Translations under genes and position numbers: made by a program
Virus record (IMG/VR): IMGVR_UViG_3300025704_000016
Span: 1 to 64,000 of that record
Origin: an uncultured virus (IMG/VR IMGVR_UViG_3300025704_000016)
Taxonomy: Duplodnaviria > Heunggongvirae > Uroviricota > Caudoviricetes
Reading direction: 5' to 3' (one strand)
Length of the DNA: 64,000 bases
Part shown: piece after piece, positions 1-9,666 of the stretch
Position numbering within the stretch: position 1 is the stretch's first letter
Layout of the letters: each line of letters starts with the position of its first letter
The notes under the pieces: model-generated
What the model saw: the letters and a program-made list of their open reading frames with translations, nothing else
The model's database searches: none
Told to the model about the DNA's origin: nothing

Positions 1-2
1 AT

Positions 3-3000
3 GATGGTTCTGGCGGTAATTTAACACCAAACTCTTTAGACACTATTGTAAGTAATAGTAAGGAGATCTATAATGATAGCTTATTTCAAAGTTTAGCACA
101 AGATGGTTGGTATGCTGAGTCTCTCTTTCCTGGTCAAAATCAAGTTGATGTGTATCAGTTTCAGAGTGGTAGCTGGGGGAGTTATACGCAATGTCAACCT
201 TCTGCTACAGCTTCAATTACAGTTTATTATAAAGACCCCAATCAATTAGACCCTGGTGCAGCCCCTGATGACACTAATCCTTGTGACCCTAATGTCAGCG
301 CATCCCAGGAAACAATCTACTATGACTCTACTGCCCAAGGTGGAGTAGGCTTTGGTTTAACTCTGGCACAGGTTATACAGTACAACGTAGGCGTTTTTTC
401 TGATTTTGCACTGGTTCAACCACTAGATGACGGTTGGTACGCTGACGATGATTTTCCAGATTCTGTAAATGATGTAAACGTTTATCTTTTTGTAGGAGGC
501 GCTCATTATTCAAATCTAAATACTAGCGGTTATATTATATGCCAAGCAACGGGAGGGACCTCTACAACTAGTGGAAGTTCTGGGACTAGTGGAAGTTCTG
601 GGACTAGTGGAAGTTCTGGGACTGCAGGTGCTTTTTCATTAAAAGTAACCGTAGCGGCAGATGCGCCTTTTTTATGCCAAGATGTCACAGATGATGATCC
701 CGATTCAACAATTCCTTTCTATACTATATACTATTGGACATCTAGTGGTCCTTTAACACTAGCTCAAGTATCCTTATTAAATATACCTATTTTCCCAGAT
801 GAGAATGATGCTGTTAACTACGGCCTTCAGGTTCAGATTGGAGTTACACCAACTTACCAAGGTATTGTTAGTTTTAGTGGTTACTTTAGAGAATTTAATC
901 AGAGAGGTATATTCTATTGGAATTATAATAACTCTAGTGCGCCGAATTCTAAGTGGATTCCCGAGTTACAAGATGAGTGTCCGCCTATTCCAGAACCACA
1001 AGCATGGCCTATAACACTTTACCGTGATAACACTTTGTCTGATTCAGATAGTATTCCAGAATACTGCTGTAGCAATAATTCAACTTCAGCAGTGTGGTAT
1101 TACTGGAGTGTACATCCTTATCCAAATCTATTAGCTTTAGCTAATGCTGGTATTTTACTCTACAATACTGCAACTGCAGCTGAACATGCATTTTGGCCTG
1201 AACTTATCCCATTTGGTATATGGGGAGATGCAACTGGCCTTGGCACTGATAAACTGCTTAAATTTAGATTTAATAATGATGGTCAACTCGCATGGTTCGG
1301 TCTAGACGATAGTGATACGGAGACAGAGAGCCCTAACATCACACAATATTTTAACTGCGCTGATTTTACTCAGCCTGCTGGTAGCCCGAATACCAACATA
1401 CAAAGTACAAGTCCTTTTGCGAACAAAGTATTTTATGCTTTTCATTCATGTGATCCAACAGCGGGCGAACATATTTTACATGTAGTCGACGGGCAGCATT
1501 TTGCTAACGTTGACAACTTTATGAGTGACTTTATAGAAACTCTAGTAAGAACTAACCCTAAGTTGACAACTATTGAAACTGGCGTTATTGGCTGTCAAAC
1601 TTACATGCATACAGTTATTGCAGAGAGCATCGAAGAAGCAGTGCAGCTTTTAAAAGCGGAAGAATCTGCCGGTGTCAAATATTATGATGCTGTACAAGAG
1701 TCTGAGTTAAGTGATTTAGGTATTGGTGACTTTGTAACTCTTAGTATTTACGCAGACTGCTGTGATTGTATACAAAGATTAAACGATAGTAGGTATCAGT
1801 TTGGTGAAACTGGTGTTGTTCAACCAGCTGGCCTAGGGCCTAACTTTGCAGTAGAGAGAAATGCAAAGCTGGATAACGTTGCTAAACCTCTTTTAAGAAC
1901 TAACCCTAAGTTGACAACCAACGTTAAACTTGTTGTTAACTCAAGAGATGAACTATATCTTGATTCGATCAGTGCAACTGATGATTTAGCATCAGCTAAC
2001 TACAAGAAGTTCCCAGTTAACTCAAGAGGATCTTACGCATATGATCTAACTAGATTCTACACTAAGAATAAAACACCACTTGAGATAGTTTACACAACCA
2101 AGAGGAGAGATTCTGACTTCTCTGTTTTCTCTGAGTATGAAAAGCAGATTGAAGAGGATTACCACTACGGTACGACAATGAACTATTCTAAACTATATGA
2201 TGAAGAGTTTAGAATGTTTGCTCCGATCTATGTTGATTTAAACATGCCTAAGAAGTTTGTAATATACAGGATAAACGATCCAAAGGATAGCACTTCTTTT
2301 ACGGACAGCGCGCTGGGCAATGAGGCTAGAATTAAAAAATTAATTGAGAAGTCTGAGATTGTTAAGGTTTTTGATCTGACTAAGAAGAGTAATATTGGTA
2401 AGTATTTAAGAAACTACGTGCAAGATCAAGCCTTTCCAAAGGCTCCTATTACATTCTCGTTCGAAGAGAATGAAAAGACTACATATAACGGTATCGATCT
2501 TGTTAAAGGTGGTTTTACTAAGAAAGCCGAGTACATGTACAATGATTTTGTGCTTAAAGATAAACCAATGGTATCTGCTAATGATTTTATTACTGATGGT
2601 TTTAGAAGAAACTTTATTGCGGCTGCAAACATCATCAACATGGAATTCTTGTTTGATGACCCACATGCAAGCACATATTCAGTTAACCGATATATTGGTC
2701 TTTACGTAGATGACATTGAGACTGGTTCTGGTCGAGTTTCTTCGATCAGCAATGGTGATATTATCTTTAAGTCTGTGAACTCTAACATGAGCTCTACGTT
2801 TGACTATGCGGCAATACCTTCTTATAAGATGTTAACTGAAATGCCAATTTTAGCATATGCTAGAACTGGCGAAAATTACTATAAGCTAGATAATACAAAG
2901 AGCTATGACCATAGTAGACTGGAGCTTAGAGTTCAGGACTCTAGAAATGAGATCCCAACACAGCTGGGTATACAGTACAAAGGTCAAACAATTGACATAA

Positions 3001-6000
3001 AGGCTAATCCTAACAGGGGGTTTGACTTTATCAAAGTTAAAGTTGTCGATATTCCAAACCACAACGATAAAATTGCACTGGCTACAGTAAAGAATGAGTC
3101 TTATAGATTTACTTTTGTTAAATTTGTAGCTAATGTTAACGTTCAGATTGATGATTCAGTTGGTAATACAATAACTTTTAACACTGGTGCTGATATTACT
3201 ACAGCTCTTTCTAACATACAAACCGCATATACAGCTCCATTTGCTGATGTTTACAACCTTGAAATTTTAGACAATGGCTTTATCTTAACCGAGAAGTTAG
3301 CCAATCTACTTAATCTAGCACCAGAAGTTACCACATCGAATGGTAACGTCTTTAATAGAAAGGAGATCTATACAAACGTTGAGATACCAAACAGATCTTA
3401 TTATGCCGCAGATCCAAATACTGCAAGCCCGAATTACTTAACCAAAGGAACTTTCAGCGGACAATACTTTTCTGCTGCTGGTAATACTAGAGATGTTGCT
3501 ATTGCTTTAACTAAGTTAATTAGAGAAAGAGGAGACTTTGATGCATTTAACATTGGTGATGAGATTTATGTAAGTGTTAAGATACCGGGTTATAAAATTA
3601 TGCAGCAAGCATTCTTAGTTAACAGGAATAATACACTACCGTTCTTGGAGTTTGATGCTATTAACGTAGACTCTGATAACGAATTAGAGCTAGGAGATTT
3701 AGCTATCGGTACTTCTGGCAACTGGGATGCGTATTTCTTTAAAGGTGGTAATTTAGAGAATAAGAGTATTTTAGTGACTAAAGAAACTGCTCCAATTATA
3801 AGTGTAGGTGAGTATTTACCAACTGCATATAAGGGGCGTTATAATAGAGTCGTAGATATTGTTCAAGATATTACAGACCCTGCCGGTGATTACTTAAAGG
3901 TTATATTATCTTTGGAGAACTCAGTTAAGGATGGTGAGGTTAGAGTTTTTGTAGATAGAGACTTAACGATGGGTCTATTCTCAGCATACTCAATTTACGA
4001 TATGGACTTTGACTTCCACGATACAGCTAATTCTAATCTTAAAGAATTGAATTACGAGACAACAGACCAGATAGTTTATGAACCTTATAGTGGGGTTAGT
4101 CAAAATACTAGTCCAGGAGCAGGTGACCTAATAAAAACCGATGTTCTAGATGCAGCTTACGAAATTTCACCAGATTTATATTTTGCTAATCTACAGCCTA
4201 TTCTTGGCAACGAAGATATTGATGATGTTGACTTAGAATCAATCGGAAGTGAGTACGATAGGCTTTCTGAAAATGAAATCAAAGAGTTTGCAATAGGGTC
4301 AAGAGTTGTGCCTAATATTAACAAGTGGGTTCTAAGAAATGGAAATACTGTAAGAGAAGAGCCTTATCACTTAAACGCTAATAGTGCTTTTGGTAGAACA
4401 AACTTTGCACCGGACCTTGAAGTTACAGAACGTGATATAAAAGCATTTACTCATGAATGGTTCTATATTGAAAACTTACCAGATTATTTAAGGTTCTGGC
4501 AGATTAACAATACTTTTAGTTACATTAACTTTATTAAAGGGTTTGATCTAACTAAAGACCTATTTAAGAGAGTTGACTACGACTACTTCGATATGTTCAT
4601 GGTCGGCGAAGGTCACGAAATTGATCTTTATAATGAAGATCCACTTGAAAGAGATTCAAGTCTTTTCAATATTAACAGTTATGTAAAATCTAATCTACAT
4701 AAGAAATACACTATCATTGACAATGGTTCTTCTGAAACTTTTGCAAATACTATATTTAAGGGCTTAAATGTGACTCTTAAATCTAGAAAAGAGTTTGTTA
4801 ATAGCGTAGCTTCAGAATTTGTAAAGAATACCGAGTTCAACGGTTATAAGTTTAGTATAATGGTTAAGGTTAACAATCAAGCTTCTAACAATTCAATTGA
4901 TTTTGAGGTTATTCAGAATAAGAAGTTTAAATTTGTAATCTTCTATATTACGTTGAATACGGGTGATGTTTGGGCATCAGATCTAAACAGAAAGCTATTC
5001 TATGAACTTAAACACCAACTTAACTATAACACAGTTACTAATAAATACGTTTATGCTGATATAAACATTTCCGGGGCATTAGACTTAAAGGCTATTAATT
5101 TTAACGGTTTAAGTCCTTATCGAGTTTATGGTATTGACCATGCGGATGGATCAGTTTCTAATTTTGATTCTCAACTATCTAAGAATACTTCAGGTACTTA
5201 TAATAATATTGTAATTGACTTAGGTGCTATTGGTGAATATCAAGTACAAGTCTTCTCAGTAGAATCTGACGGTGAACTTTTCATACAGGGTAGACCAACT
5301 AAAGTTGAAGGATCTGTTAGCGACCTGGACTATTATTTAGATACGGTTGCATTAAATATTGCTGATCTTAAAAACGCAACATATACTTACATCGGTGGTG
5401 GTTTTAACGCACAGCAATTGATACTTAATGAATTAACTGCCGGTAATGTCTCTAAAGTACTTAACAACAACGATGACAGAGTTACTTATACAACTATCGA
5501 GAGTGATGGAACTGTAAATAATAATAGGTTTACTATTAACTTTAATGATGGTAAAGAGGTTGTTAAGAAGGTAGATCTAACCACAGTTGAAGACGTTGAT
5601 AAACCGAAGAGCTATAAATTATTAAGCACTGATGTTACAGCAAAGTTGACTATAAGCGATCCGGTCGCTGCTAAAGAGAAGTATTATGATGATTATAATA
5701 AGTCTAAGAAAACAATAGGCTATAACATCGTAGCTACTAATCCATACTATGCATTCATGGTAAGACACTCAGGTGATTATACTATAGATCTAGAACCTGT
5801 AGTTACCTTTACGGACATTTATACACACTTTAAAACAAATAGAAAGCACTCTACTCTAGATTTACGTGAACAACTATTTGAGACGCCTCTATATAAACAC
5901 AGTCTGACTAGTTCAGCTGAGATTAACGTTGCTAGATCTTACTATAATAAATTCAATAGATGTGGTGTTGCTTTTAACGTTGGTTTTATTAAAGACTCAA

Positions 6001-6845
6001 ACGTGATGAAGGTGGTTCAAGGTGAAGCTATTGTGCCTCAGGCGTCAACACATGATTTAGGTTGGGGTAAAATTAAGAACCATTACTATCATAAGGTTAA
6101 TGAGATTAATCCGAACGGTGTGTTGAAACTGACTAAAGGTGGAGACTTTTTACCTGTTTACCCGGTGATCGATGAGATAGCAATTGACTACAAAGATGTT
6201 AATGTCTTTAAGTCTTCTTGGGAAGATGGATATTACACAAGGTCTCTGGCAGGTGGTAATAAGGTTAACGTTGCGGGTACTTTTGATACTGCAGAAGAAA
6301 GATCTTATCTGGGTTCTACGGTCATGAAACTACAAGATGCTTATTTCTTAACAGAGTTTACAGTTCAGTTTGCAGGCTCGGAAGAAGAGCTAGACGATAT
6401 TTTAAGAACTAATAATAATGAGAATGATGTTGTAATCTACGAAGACGATCAGACACTAATTGCTGACTTCTACATGAATGACGTGGTCTATCAAAAATTA
6501 AGTGATCTCGGTGCTTTAAATACGCTTTCTCAGTTTATTGACCCGGTAAAGTCAATTGGTGATAAGACTACGCTGAGTGATGATATGCAGGACTACGTAA
6601 ACAAGAACTTGATTCAAGCGTTTACAATTGACCAGATTGACCTTTGGGTAAGTAGATTTAAAGGCGCTCAGTCTAATATATTAAGCACTTCAAGTCTTGA
6701 GGGTCTAGATGACGGCGGCTTTACTAGAGATCAGAGCTTTACTTATAGCTTACATGGTGATACACCGCTAAACTTCAGGTTGATATATAACAAAAGACTA
6801 GGCTATTCTTACAATATTAGACCTATGATAAAAATACAGTCCTAA
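3..6845 (+). CDS. Very large virion structural protein (tail/baseplate-associated), 5'-truncated by the window edge
   Basis: The frame of ORF 150..6845 is open back to nt 3 (DGSGGNLTPN...). It is >2280 aa, has Cys-bounded repeated N-terminal modules (DGWYA...VY.F) and a GTSGSS linker, and heads a structural gene cluster. Confidence 0.6.
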   Translation, partial: DGSGGNLTPNSLDTIVSNSKEIYNDSLFQSLAQDGWYAESLFPGQNQVDVYQFQSGSWGSYTQCQPSATASITVYYKDPNQLDPGAAPDDTNPCDPNVSASQETIYYDSTAQGGVGFGLTLAQVIQYNVGVFSDFALVQPLDDGWYADDDFPDSVNDVNVYLFVGGAHYSNLNTSGYIICQATGGTSTTSGSSGTSGSSGTSGSSGTAGAFSLKVTVAADAPFLCQDVTDDDPDSTIPFYTIYYWTSSGPLTLAQVSLLNIPIFPDENDAVNYGLQVQIGVTPTYQGIVSFSGYFREFNQRGIFYWNYNNSSAPNSKWIPELQDECPPIPEPQAWPITLYRDNTLSDSDSIPEYCCSNNSTSAVWYYWSVHPYPNLLALANAGILLYNTATAAEHAFWPELIPFGIWGDATGLGTDKLLKFRFNNDGQLAWFGLDDSDTETESPNITQYFNCADFTQPAGSPNTNIQSTSPFANKVFYAFHSCDPTAGEHILHVVDGQHFANVDNFMSDFIETLVRTNPKLTTIETGVIGCQTYMHTVIAESIEEAVQLLKAEESAGVKYYDAVQESELSDLGIGDFVTLSIYADCCDCIQRLNDSRYQFGETGVVQPAGLGPNFAVERNAKLDNVAKPLLRTNPKLTTNVKLVVNSRDELYLDSISATDDLASANYKKFPVNSRGSYAYDLTRFYTKNKTPLEIVYTTKRRDSDFSVFSEYEKQIEEDYHYGTTMNYSKLYDEEFRMFAPIYVDLNMPKKFVIYRINDPKDSTSFTDSALGNEARIKKLIEKSEIVKVFDLTKKSNIGKYLRNYVQDQAFPKAPITFSFEENEKTTYNGIDLVKGGFTKKAEYMYNDFVLKDKPMVSANDFITDGFRRNFIAAANIINMEFLFDDPHASTYSVNRYIGLYVDDIETGSGRVSSISNGDIIFKSVNSNMSSTFDYAAIPSYKMLTEMPILAYARTGENYYKLDNTKSYDHSRLELRVQDSRNEIPTQLGIQYKGQTIDIKANPNRGFDFIKVKVVDIPNHNDKIALATVKNESYRFTFVKFVANVNVQIDDSVGNTITFNTGADITTALSNIQTAYTAPFADVYNLEILDNGFILTEKLANLLNLAPEVTTSNGNVFNRKEIYTNVEIPNRSYYAADPNTASPNYLTKGTFSGQYFSAAGNTRDVAIALTKLIRERGDFDAFNIGDEIYVSVKIPGYKIMQQAFLVNRNNTLPFLEFDAINVDSDNELELGDLAIGTSGNWDAYFFKGGNLENKSILVTKETAPIISVGEYLPTAYKGRYNRVVDIVQDITDPAGDYLKVILSLENSVKDGEVRVFVDRDLTMGLFSAYSIYDMDFDFHDTANSNLKELNYETTDQIVYEPYSGVSQNTSPGAGDLIKTDVLDAAYEISPDLYFANLQPILGNEDIDDVDLESIGSEYDRLSENEIKEFAIGSRVVPNINKWVLRNGNTVREEPYHLNANSAFGRTNFAPDLEVTERDIKAFTHEWFYIENLPDYLRFWQINNTFSYINFIKGFDLTKDLFKRVDYDYFDMFMVGEGHEIDLYNEDPLERDSSLFNINSYVKSNLHKKYTIIDNGSSETFANTIFKGLNVTLKSRKEFVNSVASEFVKNTEFNGYKFSIMVKVNNQASNNSIDFEVIQNKKFKFVIFYITLNTGDVWASDLNRKLFYELKHQLNYNTVTNKYVYADINISGALDLKAINFNGLSPYRVYGIDHADGSVSNFDSQLSKNTSGTYNNIVIDLGAIGEYQVQVFSVESDGELFIQGRPTKVEGSVSDLDYYLDTVALNIADLKNATYTYIGGGFNAQQLILNELTAGNVSKVLNNNDDRVTYTTIESDGTVNNNRFTINFNDGKEVVKKVDLTTVEDVDKPKSYKLLSTDVTAKLTISDPVAAKEKYYDDYNKSKKTIGYNIVATNPYYAFMVRHSGDYTIDLEPVVTFTDIYTHFKTNRKHSTLDLREQLFETPLYKHSLTSSAEINVARSYYNKFNRCGVAFNVGFIKDSNVMKVVQGEAIVPQASTHDLGWGKIKNHYYHKVNEINPNGVLKLTKGGDFLPVYPVIDEIAIDYKDVNVFKSSWEDGYYTRSLAGGNKVNVAGTFDTAEERSYLGSTVMKLQDAYFLTEFTVQFAGSEEELDDILRTNNNENDVVIYEDDQTLIADFYMNDVVYQKLSDLGALNTLSQFIDPVKSIGDKTTLSDDMQDYVNKNLIQAFTIDQIDLWVSRFKGAQSNILSTSSLEGLDDGGFTRDQSFTYSLHGDTPLNFRLIYNKRLGYSYNIRPMIKIQS
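567..620 (+). repeat. 3 perfect tandem copies of 18-bp ACTAGTGGAAGTTCTGGG (TSGSSG linker)
   Basis: Read directly at 567-584, 585-602, 603-620. Confidence 0.95.
1546..1918 (+). repeat. 25-bp exact direct repeat TAAGAACTAACCCTAAGTTGACAAC (1546-1570 and 1894-1918)
   Basis: Both copies are in frame, encode RTNPKLTT and lie 348 bp apart. Confidence 0.9.
6782..6789 (+). promoter_or_regulatory. Putative late promoter GATATATA
   Basis: Recurrent octamer, here upstream of the 6847 structural gene. Confidence 0.6.
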
Positions 6846-6846
6846 A

Positions 6847-8838
6847 ATGGCAATCAACATAAAAGAAATATTAACTAATGATAGCGATGTAATTAAAGTT
6901 GACAAGACTAATTACAACTTTGATCAGCTTGTTGCTAACGGCGGTGGACCGATCGGGATCAAGGGCCAGAAAGGCGAACTTGGAGGTGTCGGTACAACAG
7001 GAGCAAAGGGTGAAAAGGGTGATGAAGGAGTAAAAGGAGATACTGGAGCAACTGGCGCTGATGTTAACAACTGGGGTAGAATAAGCTACGACAGCGTTAC
7101 AGACGCTGATATATTAAAACCGAAGAGAGATGATAATACTGATGAGCCTGTTTCTATTATTCTAGGTGATGAAGGATATGAAGATGGTGTAACAGATGGT
7201 ATTGACAATCCAACTGCGTGGTTAAATATAGTTTTACCTGATAGTCCAAAATATAGTAATTATGCTAGTTTTTTAAACAGCACTTCTTCTGTTTTAAATC
7301 TTACAAGTTCAACTCAGTCAAGCGTTGATACTTACCAGATTAGCCATGGAACTTCTACAAATAGTGTAGACTTTAAGATAGACATTAAGAATAGTTTATA
7401 CTTAAATGCACCTGATTTAGTGCAGATTACATCTAATACTGCGATTAAGCTTAATGCTTCTAACAACAATATTATATTAGGGCCAGATACTGGTACTTCT
7501 TCAGGTCTAATTGACTTAAGAGCAGATAGTGTTATTGCTAGAGGTAATTTGACTGTTGAAGGTACTACTACTGGTTATATTAAAGTGCCAAATGGTGCTA
7601 CGGCTAATAGACCAACCGGTGCTTATGGTATGATCCGCTACAATACTAATTTAGATGTTGGGCATAGCAGTAATAAAGGTAGTTTAGAGACTTTTGTTCA
7701 GCACCCAGACGGAGATTACTGGAAGCCTTTGGGTAATATGGTAGACGCAGACGGCGATACTTTTATTACAGTAGACTATGACAATAATGATGGAACTGAT
7801 AATGTGATTAGACTTAATGTTGGTTATCTTAGCGGTAGTTCTTACTTAACAGAAGTTGTCGGTACTTTTGGTGAAACTGTAGCTGACGGAGCAACAGATA
7901 TTGATAGAGTATTTAAGTATAACAACGTTATTTATGCAGCTGATGATATTTTAGTGGCAAATGATTCTGGTTTAAGGATTAAGGAAAATGGAGCAACACC
8001 GGGCGGTAGTCAAGTTGCCGCACAGAATAACGGAGCTGCAGCTGCCAATAGAACTTTAGCAGATTACTTTTATAGAGAAAGTGCATTACAATATGACGTT
8101 GATGCATTTACTGACAGTACTCCATTTACTAATACGGTCACTGCTTCAACAACTAGCCACAGATATACAAATCAGGTTATAAAGGCTCTTGGTTGGGATC
8201 CACAGGTTGGAAGTACTCTATCAAGCGCAAACGTAGCTATTATCATTGACTACAATAAAACAAAAATGTCTTATGTTAAAGTTGGGCATATGGTAACGGT
8301 TTGGGGAAGAATCGATTATTTCCCTTATTCAATAGCCAGTACTAACTTAAGTACAGAAACACCAGATATTAATTTTGATGGCACAAGCGGATCATCTGGT
8401 ATTTCTACACCTTCTAGAAGAGCTGCATTTGCAATAGGTAAACCAGCTACTTTCCCATATACTTCTGGTCTTACAGATACTAGAGTTGTATTCCCAATAT
8501 CTGTTAGTTTAACAGCACAAGACGGTACTACATCTGAAGTTAATGTTAGATATTTTGGAGTTATTGAACCAGGTATGAATGTGTTTACAATTATACAAGT
8601 AGATGATAGTACTGGTTTTATACCTAACGAAGCGTCAGAATCAGCCGATTCACACCACGCTAAGCATTTAGATATTGATGATTTAAAAGTAACATCAACT
8701 ACACCAGGTGAAGTTATTACATTAGAGTATAACTTTAGCATGCCTACTGATATAAACTCATATGATCTTGGTTCTAATTCTCTTGCTATTTACACTGAAG
8801 CTGAACTTACACAAAACCAAAACCAAAACCAGACATGA
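6847..8838 (+). CDS. Tail fibre/baseplate-type structural protein with a short collagen-like segment
   Basis: About 13 Gly-X-Y triplets (GPIGIKGQKG...), the VPNGATANRP...GMIRYN fibre motif and beta-rich S/T/D composition. Confidence 0.6.
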   Translation: MAINIKEILTNDSDVIKVDKTNYNFDQLVANGGGPIGIKGQKGELGGVGTTGAKGEKGDEGVKGDTGATGADVNNWGRISYDSVTDADILKPKRDDNTDEPVSIILGDEGYEDGVTDGIDNPTAWLNIVLPDSPKYSNYASFLNSTSSVLNLTSSTQSSVDTYQISHGTSTNSVDFKIDIKNSLYLNAPDLVQITSNTAIKLNASNNNIILGPDTGTSSGLIDLRADSVIARGNLTVEGTTTGYIKVPNGATANRPTGAYGMIRYNTNLDVGHSSNKGSLETFVQHPDGDYWKPLGNMVDADGDTFITVDYDNNDGTDNVIRLNVGYLSGSSYLTEVVGTFGETVADGATDIDRVFKYNNVIYAADDILVANDSGLRIKENGATPGGSQVAAQNNGAAAANRTLADYFYRESALQYDVDAFTDSTPFTNTVTASTTSHRYTNQVIKALGWDPQVGSTLSSANVAIIIDYNKTKMSYVKVGHMVTVWGRIDYFPYSIASTNLSTETPDINFDGTSGSSGISTPSRRAAFAIGKPATFPYTSGLTDTRVVFPISVSLTAQDGTTSEVNVRYFGVIEPGMNVFTIIQVDDSTGFIPNEASESADSHHAKHLDIDDLKVTSTTPGEVITLEYNFSMPTDINSYDLGSNSLAIYTEAELTQNQNQNQT

Positions 8839-9665
8839 TAACATTAACGTACGTGTTAGATAAATTAAAAGCTATTTGGCAAAATAAGCAACTCAGGAAC
8901 TTCTTGATAATTGTTCTTGTTGCTCTATTATTCTTAAAACAATGTAATCAAATCTCTAATCTAAAAAGAGAAGTCGATCAAGTTGAAGAAACTGCAGATA
9001 GAAACTTTAATAATTACAAGGCAGCTCAAGATACAGTTAGACTTTTAGAACTTAAAAATGGTAAGCAAGCTGCTACGATTAAGAGTTATGAGTTTGATAT
9101 TGCTAACCTAGAAGAAGAACAACATGGTTTAATAGCTAAGTACCGGGGTGTTTTAGATATTAATAAGGACTTGAACAAGGTTAACACTCTTCTTTCGGCA
9201 GATATTAAGATTAAAGATAGTTTGCTAGCTGCTATTTCTGTAGAAAGAATAGACTCAATTACTGATAAAGTAACGTTTGATAGATTTGATGACTTTGGTC
9301 ATGGCAATACTAGGAATTTAGCCGGTAGTATGTTTGTTTATAGGGATGGAGATAATCTACTGTACAGGGACGCTATCTTTTCAATTCAACAGGAAATGAG
9401 CCTTTATGCTGCGATTGAAGATGCTGATGGAGATAGCCAAGATGAGATTAAGATTACAACGGACTATCCTGGCCTTATAATAACTGACATTGAAAATATA
9501 AACCTGATAAATAGTAAGTTGAACCAGAAGTATGAGAAGAAATCTGGCTGGTCTATAGGCTTAGGCGTTGGGTATGGAGTAAATTTAAACAATAACCAAG
9601 TAATTAGCTATGGCCCTAGTCTAGGCATAGGTCTTTTCTGGTCACCTAAATGGTTAAGATTTTAA
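8835..9665 (+). CDS. Membrane-anchored coiled-coil protein with C-terminal amphipathic beta hairpin; possible spanin-like lysis protein
   Basis: N-terminal TM (FLIIVLVALLFLKQC), coiled coil, and C-terminal GWSIGLGVGYG...GPSLGIGLFW. Confidence 0.45.
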   Translation: MITLTYVLDKLKAIWQNKQLRNFLIIVLVALLFLKQCNQISNLKREVDQVEETADRNFNNYKAAQDTVRLLELKNGKQAATIKSYEFDIANLEEEQHGLIAKYRGVLDINKDLNKVNTLLSADIKIKDSLLAAISVERIDSITDKVTFDRFDDFGHGNTRNLAGSMFVYRDGDNLLYRDAIFSIQQEMSLYAAIEDADGDSQDEIKITTDYPGLIITDIENINLINSKLNQKYEKKSGWSIGLGVGYGVNLNNNQVISYGPSLGIGLFWSPKWLRF

Positions 9666-9666
9666 T

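Noticed and set aside
1546..1918. Diversity-generating retroelement TR/VR pair
   Set aside because: The repeat is only 25 bp with no adenine-specific mismatches, and there is no reverse transcriptase in the window.
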